This document shows, one piece after another, positions 27,840 to 37,442 of a DNA stretch of 64,000 nt (position 1 is the first letter of the stretch; every line of letters starts with the position of its first letter). The notes below the pieces were generated by a model. The model was given only the letters and a program-made list of their open reading frames with translations, had not been told where the DNA came from and did not search any database. Where the stretch lies: assembly GCA_016183565.1 (NCBI GenBank), contig JACPEJ010000001.1:422479-486478 (forward strand), given 5' to 3'. The DNA is from Candidatus Blackburnbacteria bacterium (GTDB taxonomy: Bacteria; Patescibacteriota; Microgenomatia; UBA8517; UBA10165). Both the position numbers and the translations under genes were made by a program.

Positions 27840-28280
27840 ATGCTTATTGGTCACTATATCCAAACACTTAATTTTAAGGGGCGTACGGCATTGCCTGCAC
27901 GCTTAAGGTATGAACTAGGAGACAAAGTAATTGTCTCTCGTTGGTATGAAGGTTCGATTGCAATTTTTGAACTGAGTAGGTGGGAGAAGATTGTGGAACA
28001 AGCAACGAGGGGTGTGTTTGTACTTGGTTCGGCTCGAGACACAGAGCGTTTCTTATTGGGTGGGGCGTATGAGGTAGAGTTGGATGGTCAGGGGAGATTT
28101 GTGATTCCGCCGCCTTTGCGGCAGCATGCTGGGATTGTTGATGCAACTGAGGTAGTTTTTGTAGGTCTTGGTAGCAGAGCAGAGATTTGGAGTAAGGTTC
28201 GCTGGGAGGAGAGAGAGAAGTATATTTTAGAGAATGCAGAGAAATTAATCGAGGAGGTTTCGAAGAATGATACTAGATGA
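27840..28280 (+). CDS. mraZ: Transcriptional regulator MraZ
   Basis: 'MLIGHYIQTLNFKGRTALPARLRYELG' matches the MraZ N-terminal DXXXR-type duplicated domain. It is the first gene of the dcw cluster. Confidence 0.85.
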   Translation: MLIGHYIQTLNFKGRTALPARLRYELGDKVIVSRWYEGSIAIFELSRWEKIVEQATRGVFVLGSARDTERFLLGGAYEVELDGQGRFVIPPPLRQHAGIVDATEVVFVGLGSRAEIWSKVRWEEREKYILENAEKLIEEVSKNDTR

Positions 28281-29239
28281 AAGAACACAAGTCGGTATTG
28301 CTCAAGGAAGTAATAGATTTTCTTGATGTAAGACCCGGTAAAAAATATATAGATGCCACCATTGGGGGAGGTGGACACACTGAGGCAATTTTGAAAGCTG
28401 GTGGAGAGGTGTTGGGATTTGATCAGGATCCCGACTCACTTAAACTAGCTTATAAACGCCTAAGCCTTCTCCAAAAGCAGGCCTGCCCTGACAGGTACCA
28501 GACGGTACCTGTCCCTGGCGTTTTTAAGCTTGTCCATAGTAACTTCTTCCGACTTCGTGAAGTTGTCTCCAGAGAAAATTTTAAACCTGTCCATGGGGCC
28601 TTATTTGATCTCGGATTTGCAAGTTTTCAAGTTGATGATCCGGGGCGTGGCCTATCCTTTCTTAAAGAAGGCCCGCTTGATATGAGGCTTGACCCTACTT
28701 TAGGGGTTAAAGCTGCAGATTTAATAAATGGTTTGTCTGAGAAGCAGATCGCGCAACTCTTTTGGGAGTTTGGGGAGGAAAGGGCTAGCCGGGTGATTGC
28801 GCAGGCAATTGTTAAGAGGCGTCTTGAAAAGCACTTTGAGACTACAGTTGAATTGGCTGAGTTGGTGGGGAATGCAAAACTAAAGACGGGAAACGAAAGA
28901 CGGGAAACGAAAGGGATTCATCCAGCAACTCGAGTTTTTATGGCCTTGCGGATTGTAGTTAATTCGGAGTTTGAAAATTTACGAGCAGCCTTGCCGCAAG
29001 CTGTGGAGATTTTAGAGGAGGGTGGAAGGTTGGCAGTTATTAGCTTCCATTCTGGGGAAGATAGGATAGTTAAGAATTTTATACGCAATCAAGCGCAGCG
29101 AGGTTTTTTAAAAATATTAACTAAAAAACCAGTTGTAGCAAGTGATGAGGAAAGAGGAGAGAATCCCAGAGCAAGAAGTGCCAAACTGCGGGTTGCAGAA
29201 AAGATTAGAAGTTATGACGAAACTAAAGACACATATTAG
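28277..29239 (+). CDS. rsmH: 16S rRNA (cytosine1402-N4)-methyltransferase RsmH (MraW)
   Basis: 'HKSVLLKEVIDFL...YIDATIGGGGHTEAIL' signature. Confidence 0.9.
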   Translation: MKEHKSVLLKEVIDFLDVRPGKKYIDATIGGGGHTEAILKAGGEVLGFDQDPDSLKLAYKRLSLLQKQACPDRYQTVPVPGVFKLVHSNFFRLREVVSRENFKPVHGALFDLGFASFQVDDPGRGLSFLKEGPLDMRLDPTLGVKAADLINGLSEKQIAQLFWEFGEERASRVIAQAIVKRRLEKHFETTVELAELVGNAKLKTGNERRETKGIHPATRVFMALRIVVNSEFENLRAALPQAVEILEEGGRLAVISFHSGEDRIVKNFIRNQAQRGFLKILTKKPVVASDEERGENPRARSAKLRVAEKIRSYDETKDTY

Positions 29240-29555
29240 GGGCAAGTTATGGATACTTTTGTTTATTCCTTTGGTTGGGTCTGTGATTCTACAATTGGTT
29301 ATTGTTAATGCGGTTGCAGGCGACGGAAAAGAGCTTTCGAAAATTGAGCGTCAGATTGAGAAGACAAGAAAAGAAAATAATATTTTAAGGGAAGAGACGG
29401 CACATGCCAGATCTCTTCGGGAGATTTCTAAAATAGGTGCGGAACTTGGTCTTTTAAAACCAACTTCGATTGTATACATTGATTTGTCGGCTGGCCAGGC
29501 AAGGAAGGCTATTCAGGTTGGTGTATTGCCTAATGCTGGGGAGTTGGGCCAGTGA
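29214..29555 (+). CDS. ftsL: FtsL-like cell division protein (single TM plus coiled coil)
   Basis: Small bitopic protein between rsmH and ftsI. The TM 'LWILLFIPLVGSVILQLVIV' is followed by a coiled coil. Confidence 0.5.
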   Translation: MTKLKTHIRGKLWILLFIPLVGSVILQLVIVNAVAGDGKELSKIERQIEKTRKENNILREETAHARSLREISKIGAELGLLKPTSIVYIDLSAGQARKAIQVGVLPNAGELGQ

Positions 29556-29565
29556 TCTCTGAGCC

Positions 29566-31389
29566 ATGGCTCTTCTGAATTTTTCTCACAAGTCGAAATC
29601 TAATAATGATAGCCGGTTTGCTATTTCGTCTACCTTCAGGGTAAAAATATTAGCTTTTCTGTTTTTGCTTCTGGGTTTTTTAATTTTATCTCGACTTTTT
29701 ACTTGGCAGGTTGTGCGTGGTGAAGAGTTGAGTAGGATTGGACGAGGGCAGCAAAAGGCACTGAAGACTTTGAGTGCAAGTCGAGGGTCGATTTTAGCTT
29801 CAGATAACTTCCCGCTTGCCTCTTCGTCGGTTGGTTGGTTGATTTGGGCTTCTTTGCCAGGTATTAAAGATCCTGTCGAGGTTGTGGAAAAGCTTGCACC
29901 ACTTTTTATAGATAGTATAGAGGATGTGAAGGAGGATGGGACAGAGAAGACAGTGGAAGAGAAAGAGGCAGAGGGGAAACAGATACTTTTAAAGGAAAGA
30001 GAGAGACTTTTAGGTTTGCTTATGAAGAAAGATGTTGTGTGGGTTCCCTTAAAGCGCCGAGTTAATAATCAAACGAAGGAGGTTATAGATGGTCTTAAAC
30101 TTCAGGGTATAGGGAGTGATATGGAGGAGAAGCGCAGCTACCCTGAGGGGACTATGGCTGCTTCGATTCTAGGTTTTGTTGGTAAGGATGCTGCGGGGAG
30201 TGATAAAGGTTATTTTGGTATGGAGGGACATTATGATGTTGCGCTCTCTGGAGTTACTGGAGAAAGAGCTTGGGAAAAGGACGCTTTAGGCAATCCGATT
30301 TTATCTGGGGATAGTCGGCAAATTCTAGCTTTGGATGGGGTGGATCTCAAAACTCATATTGATCGATCTATTCAGTTTTTGATTGAAAAACATTTGTTGG
30401 ATGGACTCCAGAAATATGGTGCATCACAAGGAACAGTGATAGTGATGCGGCCTTTTGATGGGGCGATACTGGGGATGGCTTCTTTTCCTTCTTATGACCC
30501 TATGGATTTTACAAAATATAAGCAGGACTTTTTTATTAATCCTGCAGTTAGTCAGTCTTTTGAGCCTGGGTCGATTTTTAAGGTTCTTATAATGGCATCT
30601 GCGTTTGATAGTGGTGCAGTTAAACCTTCGGATGAGTGTGATCAGTGTAGTGGGCCTGTGAAGATTGGGAGGTATACTATTGGTACTTGGGATGATAAAT
30701 ATTATCCTAACTCTACTCCTATTGAGATAATTCAACATTCAGATAATGTGGGTATGGTTTGGGTAGCAAGTCGTGTGGGGGCAGAGAAGCTTTATAACTA
30801 TTTGACAAAATTTGGTATTGGGGCTCCGACGGGAATAGATCTTCAGGGAGAGCTTACTCCTTCTTTCCGGCCTTGGGAGAAATGGGGGCAAATTGGGCTT
30901 GCGACGATAGGCTTTGGTCAGGGGATTGCGGTAACTCCGATTCAGATGGTAAGGGCGGTTTCGGCGATTGCAAATAAAGGCAAAATGCCAACTCCTCAGG
31001 TGGTTGATAAGTTGGCAGGTGAGGGTTGGGAGGAGGATGTTTCGCCACAACTTTCGGAGTCTATTATTTCTTCGGAAACTGCGGAGGAGATAACAGGGAT
31101 GATGGTTGATGCGGTCAAGGCTGGTGAGGCTAAGTGGACTGCTGCTAGAGGATATTCGGTTGCCGGCAAGACTGGGACGGCCCAGATTGCTGTTAGAGGG
31201 CTTTATGACGAGGAAAAGACGATTGCTTCTTTTATTGGTTTTGCCCTGTCTGATGATCCTAAATTTGTTATGTTGGTGACTTTAAGGGAGCCTGCGAGTT
31301 CTCCTTGGGCTTCGGAGACTGCTGCTCCGTTATGGTTTGCTATAGCTCGCGATCTTTTCTTCCATTTCGGTATTGCTCCAGAGAAGTAA
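29566..31389 (+). CDS. ftsI: Peptidoglycan D,D-transpeptidase FtsI / class B PBP
   Basis: SxxK ('SIFK'), SxN ('HSDN') and KTG ('AGKTGTAQ') transpeptidase motifs, plus an N-terminal TM anchor. Confidence 0.9.
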   Translation: MALLNFSHKSKSNNDSRFAISSTFRVKILAFLFLLLGFLILSRLFTWQVVRGEELSRIGRGQQKALKTLSASRGSILASDNFPLASSSVGWLIWASLPGIKDPVEVVEKLAPLFIDSIEDVKEDGTEKTVEEKEAEGKQILLKERERLLGLLMKKDVVWVPLKRRVNNQTKEVIDGLKLQGIGSDMEEKRSYPEGTMAASILGFVGKDAAGSDKGYFGMEGHYDVALSGVTGERAWEKDALGNPILSGDSRQILALDGVDLKTHIDRSIQFLIEKHLLDGLQKYGASQGTVIVMRPFDGAILGMASFPSYDPMDFTKYKQDFFINPAVSQSFEPGSIFKVLIMASAFDSGAVKPSDECDQCSGPVKIGRYTIGTWDDKYYPNSTPIEIIQHSDNVGMVWVASRVGAEKLYNYLTKFGIGAPTGIDLQGELTPSFRPWEKWGQIGLATIGFGQGIAVTPIQMVRAVSAIANKGKMPTPQVVDKLAGEGWEEDVSPQLSESIISSETAEEITGMMVDAVKAGEAKWTAARGYSVAGKTGTAQIAVRGLYDEEKTIASFIGFALSDDPKFVMLVTLREPASSPWASETAAPLWFAIARDLFFHFGIAPEK

Positions 31390-31403
31390 ATATTACTGCT
31401 TTT

Positions 31404-31461
31404 ACCGGAGGTGTCAATATAGATCCACCTCTAAGGTGGTTTGTCAAAGGTGGTTTGTCAC
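31404..31461. repeat. Compound REP-like element ('ccggaggtgtcaatatagatccacctctaaggtgg' plus a tandem 'tttgtcaaaggtgg' unit)
   Basis: Same family as the elements flanking the RAYT gene. Confidence 0.6.
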
Positions 31462-31529
31462 CGCAAGTGTTTCCGAGGTAAGGTGTTGAGTAATTGCTTC
31501 GTGTCCTCCCACGAAGTGTCCTATAATAC

Positions 31530-31558
31530 TTGACTTTTGGGTAGTTTTGTGGTATATT
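31530..31558 (+). promoter_or_regulatory. Near-consensus sigma70 promoter (TTGACT-17 nt-TATATT) driving transcription into the GC-rich island
   Basis: 'ttgact' at 31530-35, an exact 17-nt spacer, then 'tatatt' at 31553-58. Confidence 0.5.
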
Positions 31559-31639
31559 GTGCCCGTACATTTAAAGTACACTGTTGGGTTTGTGGAGCCG
31601 CTTTCGCTTGCTCGGGCCGAGTCATGAGCTTGCCGAAAG

Positions 31640-31939
31640 ATGTATGTTCCCGCCCAACCGGAGGCCGAAGTGCCAGGCCAAAACGTATTAGAGATGGAGC
31701 TTGAAACGGTAGTGAAGGACCACACGGTTTTCTCACGGGCTGAGACGAAGTACATCACAACCGTCGGTGGCATAAGCCACGTCGTCCGAGATGGCGAGGT
31801 GGTTGTCTACGCTCGTCGGGATCCGGAGTGGAGGCCCACCTACGCTACCTTCCGCGCATGCCACGAGCATCTCGTGGGCCTCATCGAGGCTGGCCAGGAG
31901 CCAACGCTGTCGGGCAGTGGGTTGCTCCCTAAGGCCTAG
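31640..31939 (+). CDS. Hypothetical 99-aa protein encoded in a GC-rich (~60% GC) island. It may instead be part of a structured RNA.
   Basis: Coherent ORF with high GC3 in an otherwise AT-rich genome, flanked by REP-like elements (31404-31461 and 32084-32114). No strong RBS is visible. Confidence 0.3.
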   Translation: MYVPAQPEAEVPGQNVLEMELETVVKDHTVFSRAETKYITTVGGISHVVRDGEVVVYARRDPEWRPTYATFRACHEHLVGLIEAGQEPTLSGSGLLPKA

Positions 31940-32234
31940 CCATCGCGCTGGGGGTGCTGTGAAGTAGCAGAGAATTCGATATCGATCGTTCTTAATCACT
32001 CTGCTTTTCCAGCATCCCCAGCCTACTTTTTCTTCTTTATTCTTCCTTAGTGTGGGATGAATTCTGCTATTACACTACAAACTACGAGCGGCCACTCCCG
32101 AGGTGTCTGTTCGAACGTGAAATGCAAAAGCGAATCATTATACTCATTATACTCCCCTATACCTTCCTTTCTTAAATTTGATACAATATGGATAGAATCT
32201 ATGGCTACTGTGACCTTCGATTTCACTTGGGGTC

Positions 32235-34718
32235 ATGGTGAGCAACAGTCGAACCATGCATACTTTAGAATTACGTCCTGATAGAAATTTTGAGGGGACG
32301 ACAGAGGCTTCTGCTCAAATCTTCTCGAGTTTAGCAAGCATCAAGTCCTCTTTTTTGAAAAAGCTGTTTGGGGAAGAAGAACCGATAGTTTTTGAAATCC
32401 TTTCGTTTGACCAAAAAACTCATTTTTTTGTGCATTTGCCTGAGGATATTGCTTCCTATGTGGAAAGCCAGATTGTTGCCCAGTATCCTAAGGTGAGTAT
32501 TTTGGGAACTTCGGATCCTTTGGTGTCAAGACTGGCGGGTAAGAAAGTTGCTTACTCGGGCTTAGGGCTTTCCGCAGCTTTCTACTATCCTTTGAAAACT
32601 TGGCGGGATTTTTCGGATTCTGATCCTTTGTCAGCGATTTTGGGTGCGATGGCAAAAGCTGAGAATGACGATATTTTGCTTGTGCAGATTGTTGTTTTGC
32701 CCGCTGGTTCGGGTTGGAGGAATGCTGGTTCAAGGGCAATTTCCCAGGGAATTGTTGGCAGTGATGGTTTGCCAAAGGCTCATCCCAAGGCAGCTTTAAT
32801 TGAGAGAAAACTTGCACAGAACGGTTTTCGTGTCGGGATAAGGCTTCTTGCCGCGTCGGCTGACGAAAAAAGAAGCAGACAGTTGGTTTCTTCACTTGCT
32901 GGTTCTTTTGGTGCTCTTACTTTGGGGGAAAGCAACAGTTTTTCTTTGTCCCAACCTCATTTTTATCAGCAAAAGAGTTATTTGGGTTCTATCATTGCAA
33001 GAACTGCTCGTTATGTCCCCTCTTCTCAATTTTTGACTGTTGATGAGTTGGCGACGATATTTCATTTGCCTTCCCTAGGGCTTTCGGGGATTAAAAATGT
33101 TTCCTGGGGTGGATCTCTTCTTGGAGAACCGCCGGATGATTTGCCGATTGCTATTGGTGCGACGGATGAAGAGCGGTCGAAAATTAATTTCTTGGCACGG
33201 ACTGAATTTAAGAATCAATTAATTGCTTTTGGTATTAAGAAAATAGATCGTAGGCGCCATGTTTATATAATTGGTAAGACTGGTACCGGAAAATCGACTC
33301 TTATTGCTAATATGGCGATAAATGACATGAGGAATGGGGAGGGGGTTGCTGTTGTTGATCCACATGGAGATTTGTCGGAAATTCTTCTTGATTACATACC
33401 TTCTTATCGAATTAATGATGTTGCTTATCTTGATGCTGCGTCTTCGGCTAAGAGGCCTTTTCGGATGAATCTTTTTGAGGTTAAAAATCCTGAGCATGGT
33501 GAGCTTGTTGCATCAGGAGTTGTTTCTATTTTCCAAAAACTTTATGGCTATTCTTGGGGGCCAAGGCTTGAGTATATCTTGAGAAACGCGATTTTGACTC
33601 TTGTTGCAAGACCTAATTCAACTTTGGTTGATGTGCCTCGAATTTTGACTGATCCTGGTTTTAGGAGGAGTGTTGTTGAGAATATCACTGACCCTGTTCT
33701 TAAAAATTTTTGGAGTGTAGAGTTTGAGCAGATGGGGGATCGTTTGCAAGCTGAGGCTATTTCACCAATTTTGAATAAGGTTGGGCAGTTTGTTTCTTCG
33801 CCAACAATTCGTGAGATTATTGGTTATCCGACTTCGACTATTGATCTTGAGGATGTGATGAATAACGGAAAGATTATTATTCTTAATCTTTCTCAGGGAC
33901 GACTTGGAGAAGACAATGCGGCGCTTCTCGGGGCATTGCTTATTACTAAGATACAGCTTGCTGCTATGAATAGGGCATCGATTCGTGAGGAGGAGAGGCG
34001 AGACTTTTATCTTTATGTTGATGAGTTCCAAAATTTTGCTACATCCAGTTTTATTAAGATTCTTTCTGAGGCGCGTAAGTATAGGTTGAATTTAACAGTT
34101 GCGAATCAGTATGCTGGGCAGGTTGCGGAGGATGTGCAAAAGGCTATTTTTGGTAATGTTGGGACATTAATTTCGTTTTTGGTTGGGGCGGAGGATGCAC
34201 AGATTTTGACTCGCGAGTTTGGGAGTACGTATAAAGAGGAAGATTTAGTTGGTTTGGATAATTTCCAAACGATTTTGAAACTTGCGATTGACGGGAAGAC
34301 CTCGCGGCCGTTTTTTGGTTATACACTTCCTTTGCCGAGAAGCAAGAATCAGAATAGGGAGAAGGTTGTGAGAGTTTCGCAGGAAAGGTATACGCGAGAG
34401 GCTGGGACGGGGTTTTTGGAACAGTACGCGCAGAGAGACGTAGGAAGAGATACAGATACAGGTACAGATAGGAGGAGAAATGAACGGCGGGGATCTTCGC
34501 GGCGTGATGGAGGAGGAAGTGACGAGGGAAGGCGTGGGCCGAGACGGGAACACGAGCGTGATATAGCGGTTGGTGTGCCCAGAAGAGATACAGGTACAGA
34601 TAAAGACAGGAGTGAGGAGGTTGTGGGGCAGAAGGTGGAAGTTAAAACTCCAGTGGTTGAGCAAAGCCAGGAGGATTCAAAAATACAAAAAGAGGGAACT
34701 GTTTACGAGGGGAAGTAG
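32235..34718 (+). CDS. FtsK-HerA superfamily P-loop ATPase (DUF87/HerA-like; distant TraG/VirB4-like). It has a ~330-aa N-terminal domain of unknown function and an Arg/Asp/Gly/Thr-rich C-terminal tail.
   Basis: Walker A 'IIGKTGTGKSTLIANM', 'VVDPHGDL', Walker B 'LYVDEFQNF', and 'SEARKYRLNLTVANQYAGQV' match HerA/DUF87 arrangements. The C-terminal tail 'RDTDTGTDRRRNERRGSSRRDGGG...RRDTGTDKDRSEE' includes GATACA-repeat codons. Confidence 0.6.
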   Translation: MVSNSRTMHTLELRPDRNFEGTTEASAQIFSSLASIKSSFLKKLFGEEEPIVFEILSFDQKTHFFVHLPEDIASYVESQIVAQYPKVSILGTSDPLVSRLAGKKVAYSGLGLSAAFYYPLKTWRDFSDSDPLSAILGAMAKAENDDILLVQIVVLPAGSGWRNAGSRAISQGIVGSDGLPKAHPKAALIERKLAQNGFRVGIRLLAASADEKRSRQLVSSLAGSFGALTLGESNSFSLSQPHFYQQKSYLGSIIARTARYVPSSQFLTVDELATIFHLPSLGLSGIKNVSWGGSLLGEPPDDLPIAIGATDEERSKINFLARTEFKNQLIAFGIKKIDRRRHVYIIGKTGTGKSTLIANMAINDMRNGEGVAVVDPHGDLSEILLDYIPSYRINDVAYLDAASSAKRPFRMNLFEVKNPEHGELVASGVVSIFQKLYGYSWGPRLEYILRNAILTLVARPNSTLVDVPRILTDPGFRRSVVENITDPVLKNFWSVEFEQMGDRLQAEAISPILNKVGQFVSSPTIREIIGYPTSTIDLEDVMNNGKIIILNLSQGRLGEDNAALLGALLITKIQLAAMNRASIREEERRDFYLYVDEFQNFATSSFIKILSEARKYRLNLTVANQYAGQVAEDVQKAIFGNVGTLISFLVGAEDAQILTREFGSTYKEEDLVGLDNFQTILKLAIDGKTSRPFFGYTLPLPRSKNQNREKVVRVSQERYTREAGTGFLEQYAQRDVGRDTDTGTDRRRNERRGSSRRDGGGSDEGRRGPRREHERDIAVGVPRRDTGTDKDRSEEVVGQKVEVKTPVVEQSQEDSKIQKEGTVYEGK

Positions 34719-34936
34719 ATAAGTAAACGGCCACCCCCGAGGTGCCCGCTTACTAGTAGGTTCACTACGACTACTGCCAATCCAGCTATACTTCCCGCGA
34801 CGAATCCATAGTTATTTCTCACCCTCCTTTACTCGTGATGTCAAGGTTCACCTGTAGTGTAGCATAGGGATAGATATAGATACAGTGTCGCTGTTACTGT
34901 GGAAGCTAGTTTTATGGTACAATTGCAGGGCTTGAT

Positions 34937-36352
34937 ATGGCTTCTAGTTCTTCTATTGTTGATTTGCACCATATTCACTTCACGGGTATCAAGGGGGTGG
35001 GGATGACTGCGCTTGCTCTTTGTGCTCAAGATTTGGGGATAAAAGTAACAGGTTCGGATGTTCAGGAGATTTTTGTAACAGACGAAACTCTCGAGAAGCG
35101 AGGGATAACTTGGGAAGTTGGGTTTTCCTCTCAGAACTTAAATCTTCATCCTGATTTGTTGATTACAACCGGTGCTCATGGAGGTTTGAATAACCCCGAA
35201 GTAGTTGCTGCACGCGGAATGGGCATACCTGTTATGACTCACGCAGAAGCTTTGGGGGAATTTGCAAAAGGAAAGAGTACGATTGCTGTTTGTGGGGTTG
35301 GGGGGAAATCTACAACTTCTGCGATGATTTCAACTATTCTTGATAGTGCTTTAAGAAACCCTTCGTTTGCTGTTGGAGTTGGGGATATTTTTTCTCTTGG
35401 TGTGCCAGGTCGCTATGATAAAGAGGGAAAAGAGTTTATTTGTGAAGCAGATGAGTTTGCTATTTCTCCGGGGGTTGATAACCGGCCTAGATGGTCTTAT
35501 CTTTTGCCGAAAGTGATTGTAGTTCCTAATGTAGAGCATGATCATCCGGATATTTACCCAACTTTTGAGGATACAAGGAGGGTGTTTTTAGAGTTTTTTA
35601 ATCGGATACCAAAAGATGGGTTATTGGTCGCGTGTGTGGATAATGAGAATGTGCGCTCTTTAGTCAAACAAACCAGTGTTCCTTTGCAAACGTATGGTTT
35701 TTCAAAGGATGCGGATTGGAGGATCGACAGTATGGAAATTAGAAATCAGAGAATAAATTGTACACTCATACATATGGGTGTAGAATGCAAAGTTGTATTG
35801 AATGTTCCGGGGAGATTTAATGTGTTGAATGCTACAGCTGCGATTGCTGTTGGGTCGTTTTTGGGTTTGTCCGAAGAAGAGTTGGTGCAGGGAATTAATG
35901 CGTATACGGGTTGTAAAAGGCGGATTGAAAAGGTTGCGGAGAAGGATGGAGTTATTTACTATGATGATTATGCTCATTATCCGACGGAGATTAACGCTAT
36001 TTTAAGGGCGCTTAAGGAGTGGTATCCGGACAAAAGAATTGTGGCGGTTTTCCAGCCGCACACTTACTCGCGGACGAAGGCTTTGTTTAAAGAGTTTGCG
36101 GAAAGTTTTAGCGATGCGAACAAGGTAGTTTTTGTTGATGTTTTTTCCTCTGCGCGCGAAACTGACACTCTTGGTGTGAATTCTGAGCTTCTTGCGGAAG
36201 AGACCAAGAAGTACCACGAACACGTGTATTATGGAGGGAATCTTAGAGATTCAGCTCGCGTTATTGGGGAGATTTCTAAATTTGGGGATATAGTTGTTAC
36301 ACTTGGTGCAGGAGATGTTTACAAGATGCAGGATTTGTTGTTGAATTGTTAG
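34937..36352 (+). CDS. murC: UDP-N-acetylmuramate--L-alanine ligase
   Basis: 'IHFTGIKGVGMTALALCAQDLGIKVTGSD' and P-loop 'GVGGKSTTSAMI'. Confidence 0.9.
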   Translation: MASSSSIVDLHHIHFTGIKGVGMTALALCAQDLGIKVTGSDVQEIFVTDETLEKRGITWEVGFSSQNLNLHPDLLITTGAHGGLNNPEVVAARGMGIPVMTHAEALGEFAKGKSTIAVCGVGGKSTTSAMISTILDSALRNPSFAVGVGDIFSLGVPGRYDKEGKEFICEADEFAISPGVDNRPRWSYLLPKVIVVPNVEHDHPDIYPTFEDTRRVFLEFFNRIPKDGLLVACVDNENVRSLVKQTSVPLQTYGFSKDADWRIDSMEIRNQRINCTLIHMGVECKVVLNVPGRFNVLNATAAIAVGSFLGLSEEELVQGINAYTGCKRRIEKVAEKDGVIYYDDYAHYPTEINAILRALKEWYPDKRIVAVFQPHTYSRTKALFKEFAESFSDANKVVFVDVFSSARETDTLGVNSELLAEETKKYHEHVYYGGNLRDSARVIGEISKFGDIVVTLGAGDVYKMQDLLLNC

Positions 36353-36372
36353 ATTGTTAAATGGGTTGTTTA

Positions 36373-36410
36373 CCGGAGGTGTCAATATAGTTCCACCTTA
36401 GAGGTGGTTT
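36373..36410. repeat. REP-like element 'ccggaggtgtcaatatagttccaccttagaggtgg'
   Basis: Near-identical to the element at 31404. Confidence 0.6.
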
Positions 36411-36446
36411 AGGTTGGCACTTTGGGGAAATAGAAAAAAATAGAAC

Positions 36447-37442
36447 ATGAGTGAGCCTAAGATTTTAGAAAATGTACCGCTTGCGAAATATACGACCTTG
36501 GGGATTGGGGGGCCGGCGAGGTATTTTGTGGAAGTCTTGTCGGAGAAAGATCTTAAGGGGGCGATTGCTTGGGCTCGTGAGAAAGGAGTGGAATACATTG
36601 TTATTGCCGGGGGAAGCAATCTTTTGGTAAGCGATGAGGGATACGAAGGATTGGTAATCCGCATCAAATTTTCGGGTATAGAACAGCAAGATGGGGCAAT
36701 AATTGTTAAAGCAGGAACACATCTTCAGAAACTTGTTGACTATACTATCGAGCATGGTTTGGATGGATTAAGTACTATGGTGGGTGTTCCAGGGAGTGTG
36801 GGCGGAGCCGTGTATGGGTGTGCTGGGGCCTATGGGGACAATATCAGAGATTATATAAAAGAAATCACCTATTTTGATGGAGAGAAAGTTGTTACGATAA
36901 CAAGAGATGATTATGTCACAGGCTATAGAGATAGTATTTTCAAGAGAAATAAAAATTGGATAATTCTAAAGATTAAGTTTGCAGGTCTACCTCACACAGA
37001 TAAGGAAGGGCTTGAAAGGGAAGCGGTGGAGGTTTTGGAAAGAAGAGCACAGAAGTACAATTCTGGTCTTAAGTCGCCGGGAAGTTTTTTTAAGAATATT
37101 CCTGAGGATGAACTGAGTTTAGGCCAACTGACTAAAGTGAGGAAACTTATTGCAGAGTGGGAGCATAATCCGGATTACATTAAAAGGTTTGGGAACACCT
37201 CAGTTGTCAGGTTTGGCAAAATTCCTGCTGGGAATTTGATTGATATGTTGGGGGGCAAGGGTGACCAAATTGGGCAAATAAAAATTAATGAATTTCATGC
37301 AAATACTTTTGTGAATTTAGGTGGGGGAGATGCGAAGGATTTTATAAGCTTGGCCAGAAAGTGGCGAGACAAAGTAAGGGAAGAATTTGGACTTATTTTA
37401 GAACCAGAAGTTCAGTTGGTCGGTTTTAAGGAGGATTTTTAA
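36447..37442 (+). CDS. murB: UDP-N-acetylenolpyruvoylglucosamine reductase
   Basis: FAD-binding N-terminus 'LAKYTTLGIGGPARYFVEV...IVIAGGSNLLVSDEG'. Confidence 0.9.
   Translation: MSEPKILENVPLAKYTTLGIGGPARYFVEVLSEKDLKGAIAWAREKGVEYIVIAGGSNLLVSDEGYEGLVIRIKFSGIEQQDGAIIVKAGTHLQKLVDYTIEHGLDGLSTMVGVPGSVGGAVYGCAGAYGDNIRDYIKEITYFDGEKVVTITRDDYVTGYRDSIFKRNKNWIILKIKFAGLPHTDKEGLEREAVEVLERRAQKYNSGLKSPGSFFKNIPEDELSLGQLTKVRKLIAEWEHNPDYIKRFGNTSVVRFGKIPAGNLIDMLGGKGDQIGQIKINEFHANTFVNLGGGDAKDFISLARKWRDKVREEFGLILEPEVQLVGFKEDF

Noticed and set aside
31560-31975. RNase P RNA or tmRNA in the GC-rich island
   Set aside because: The universally conserved P4 'GGAAAGUCCGG' and tmRNA tag-reading-frame features are absent. 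The region is left as an unidentified island.
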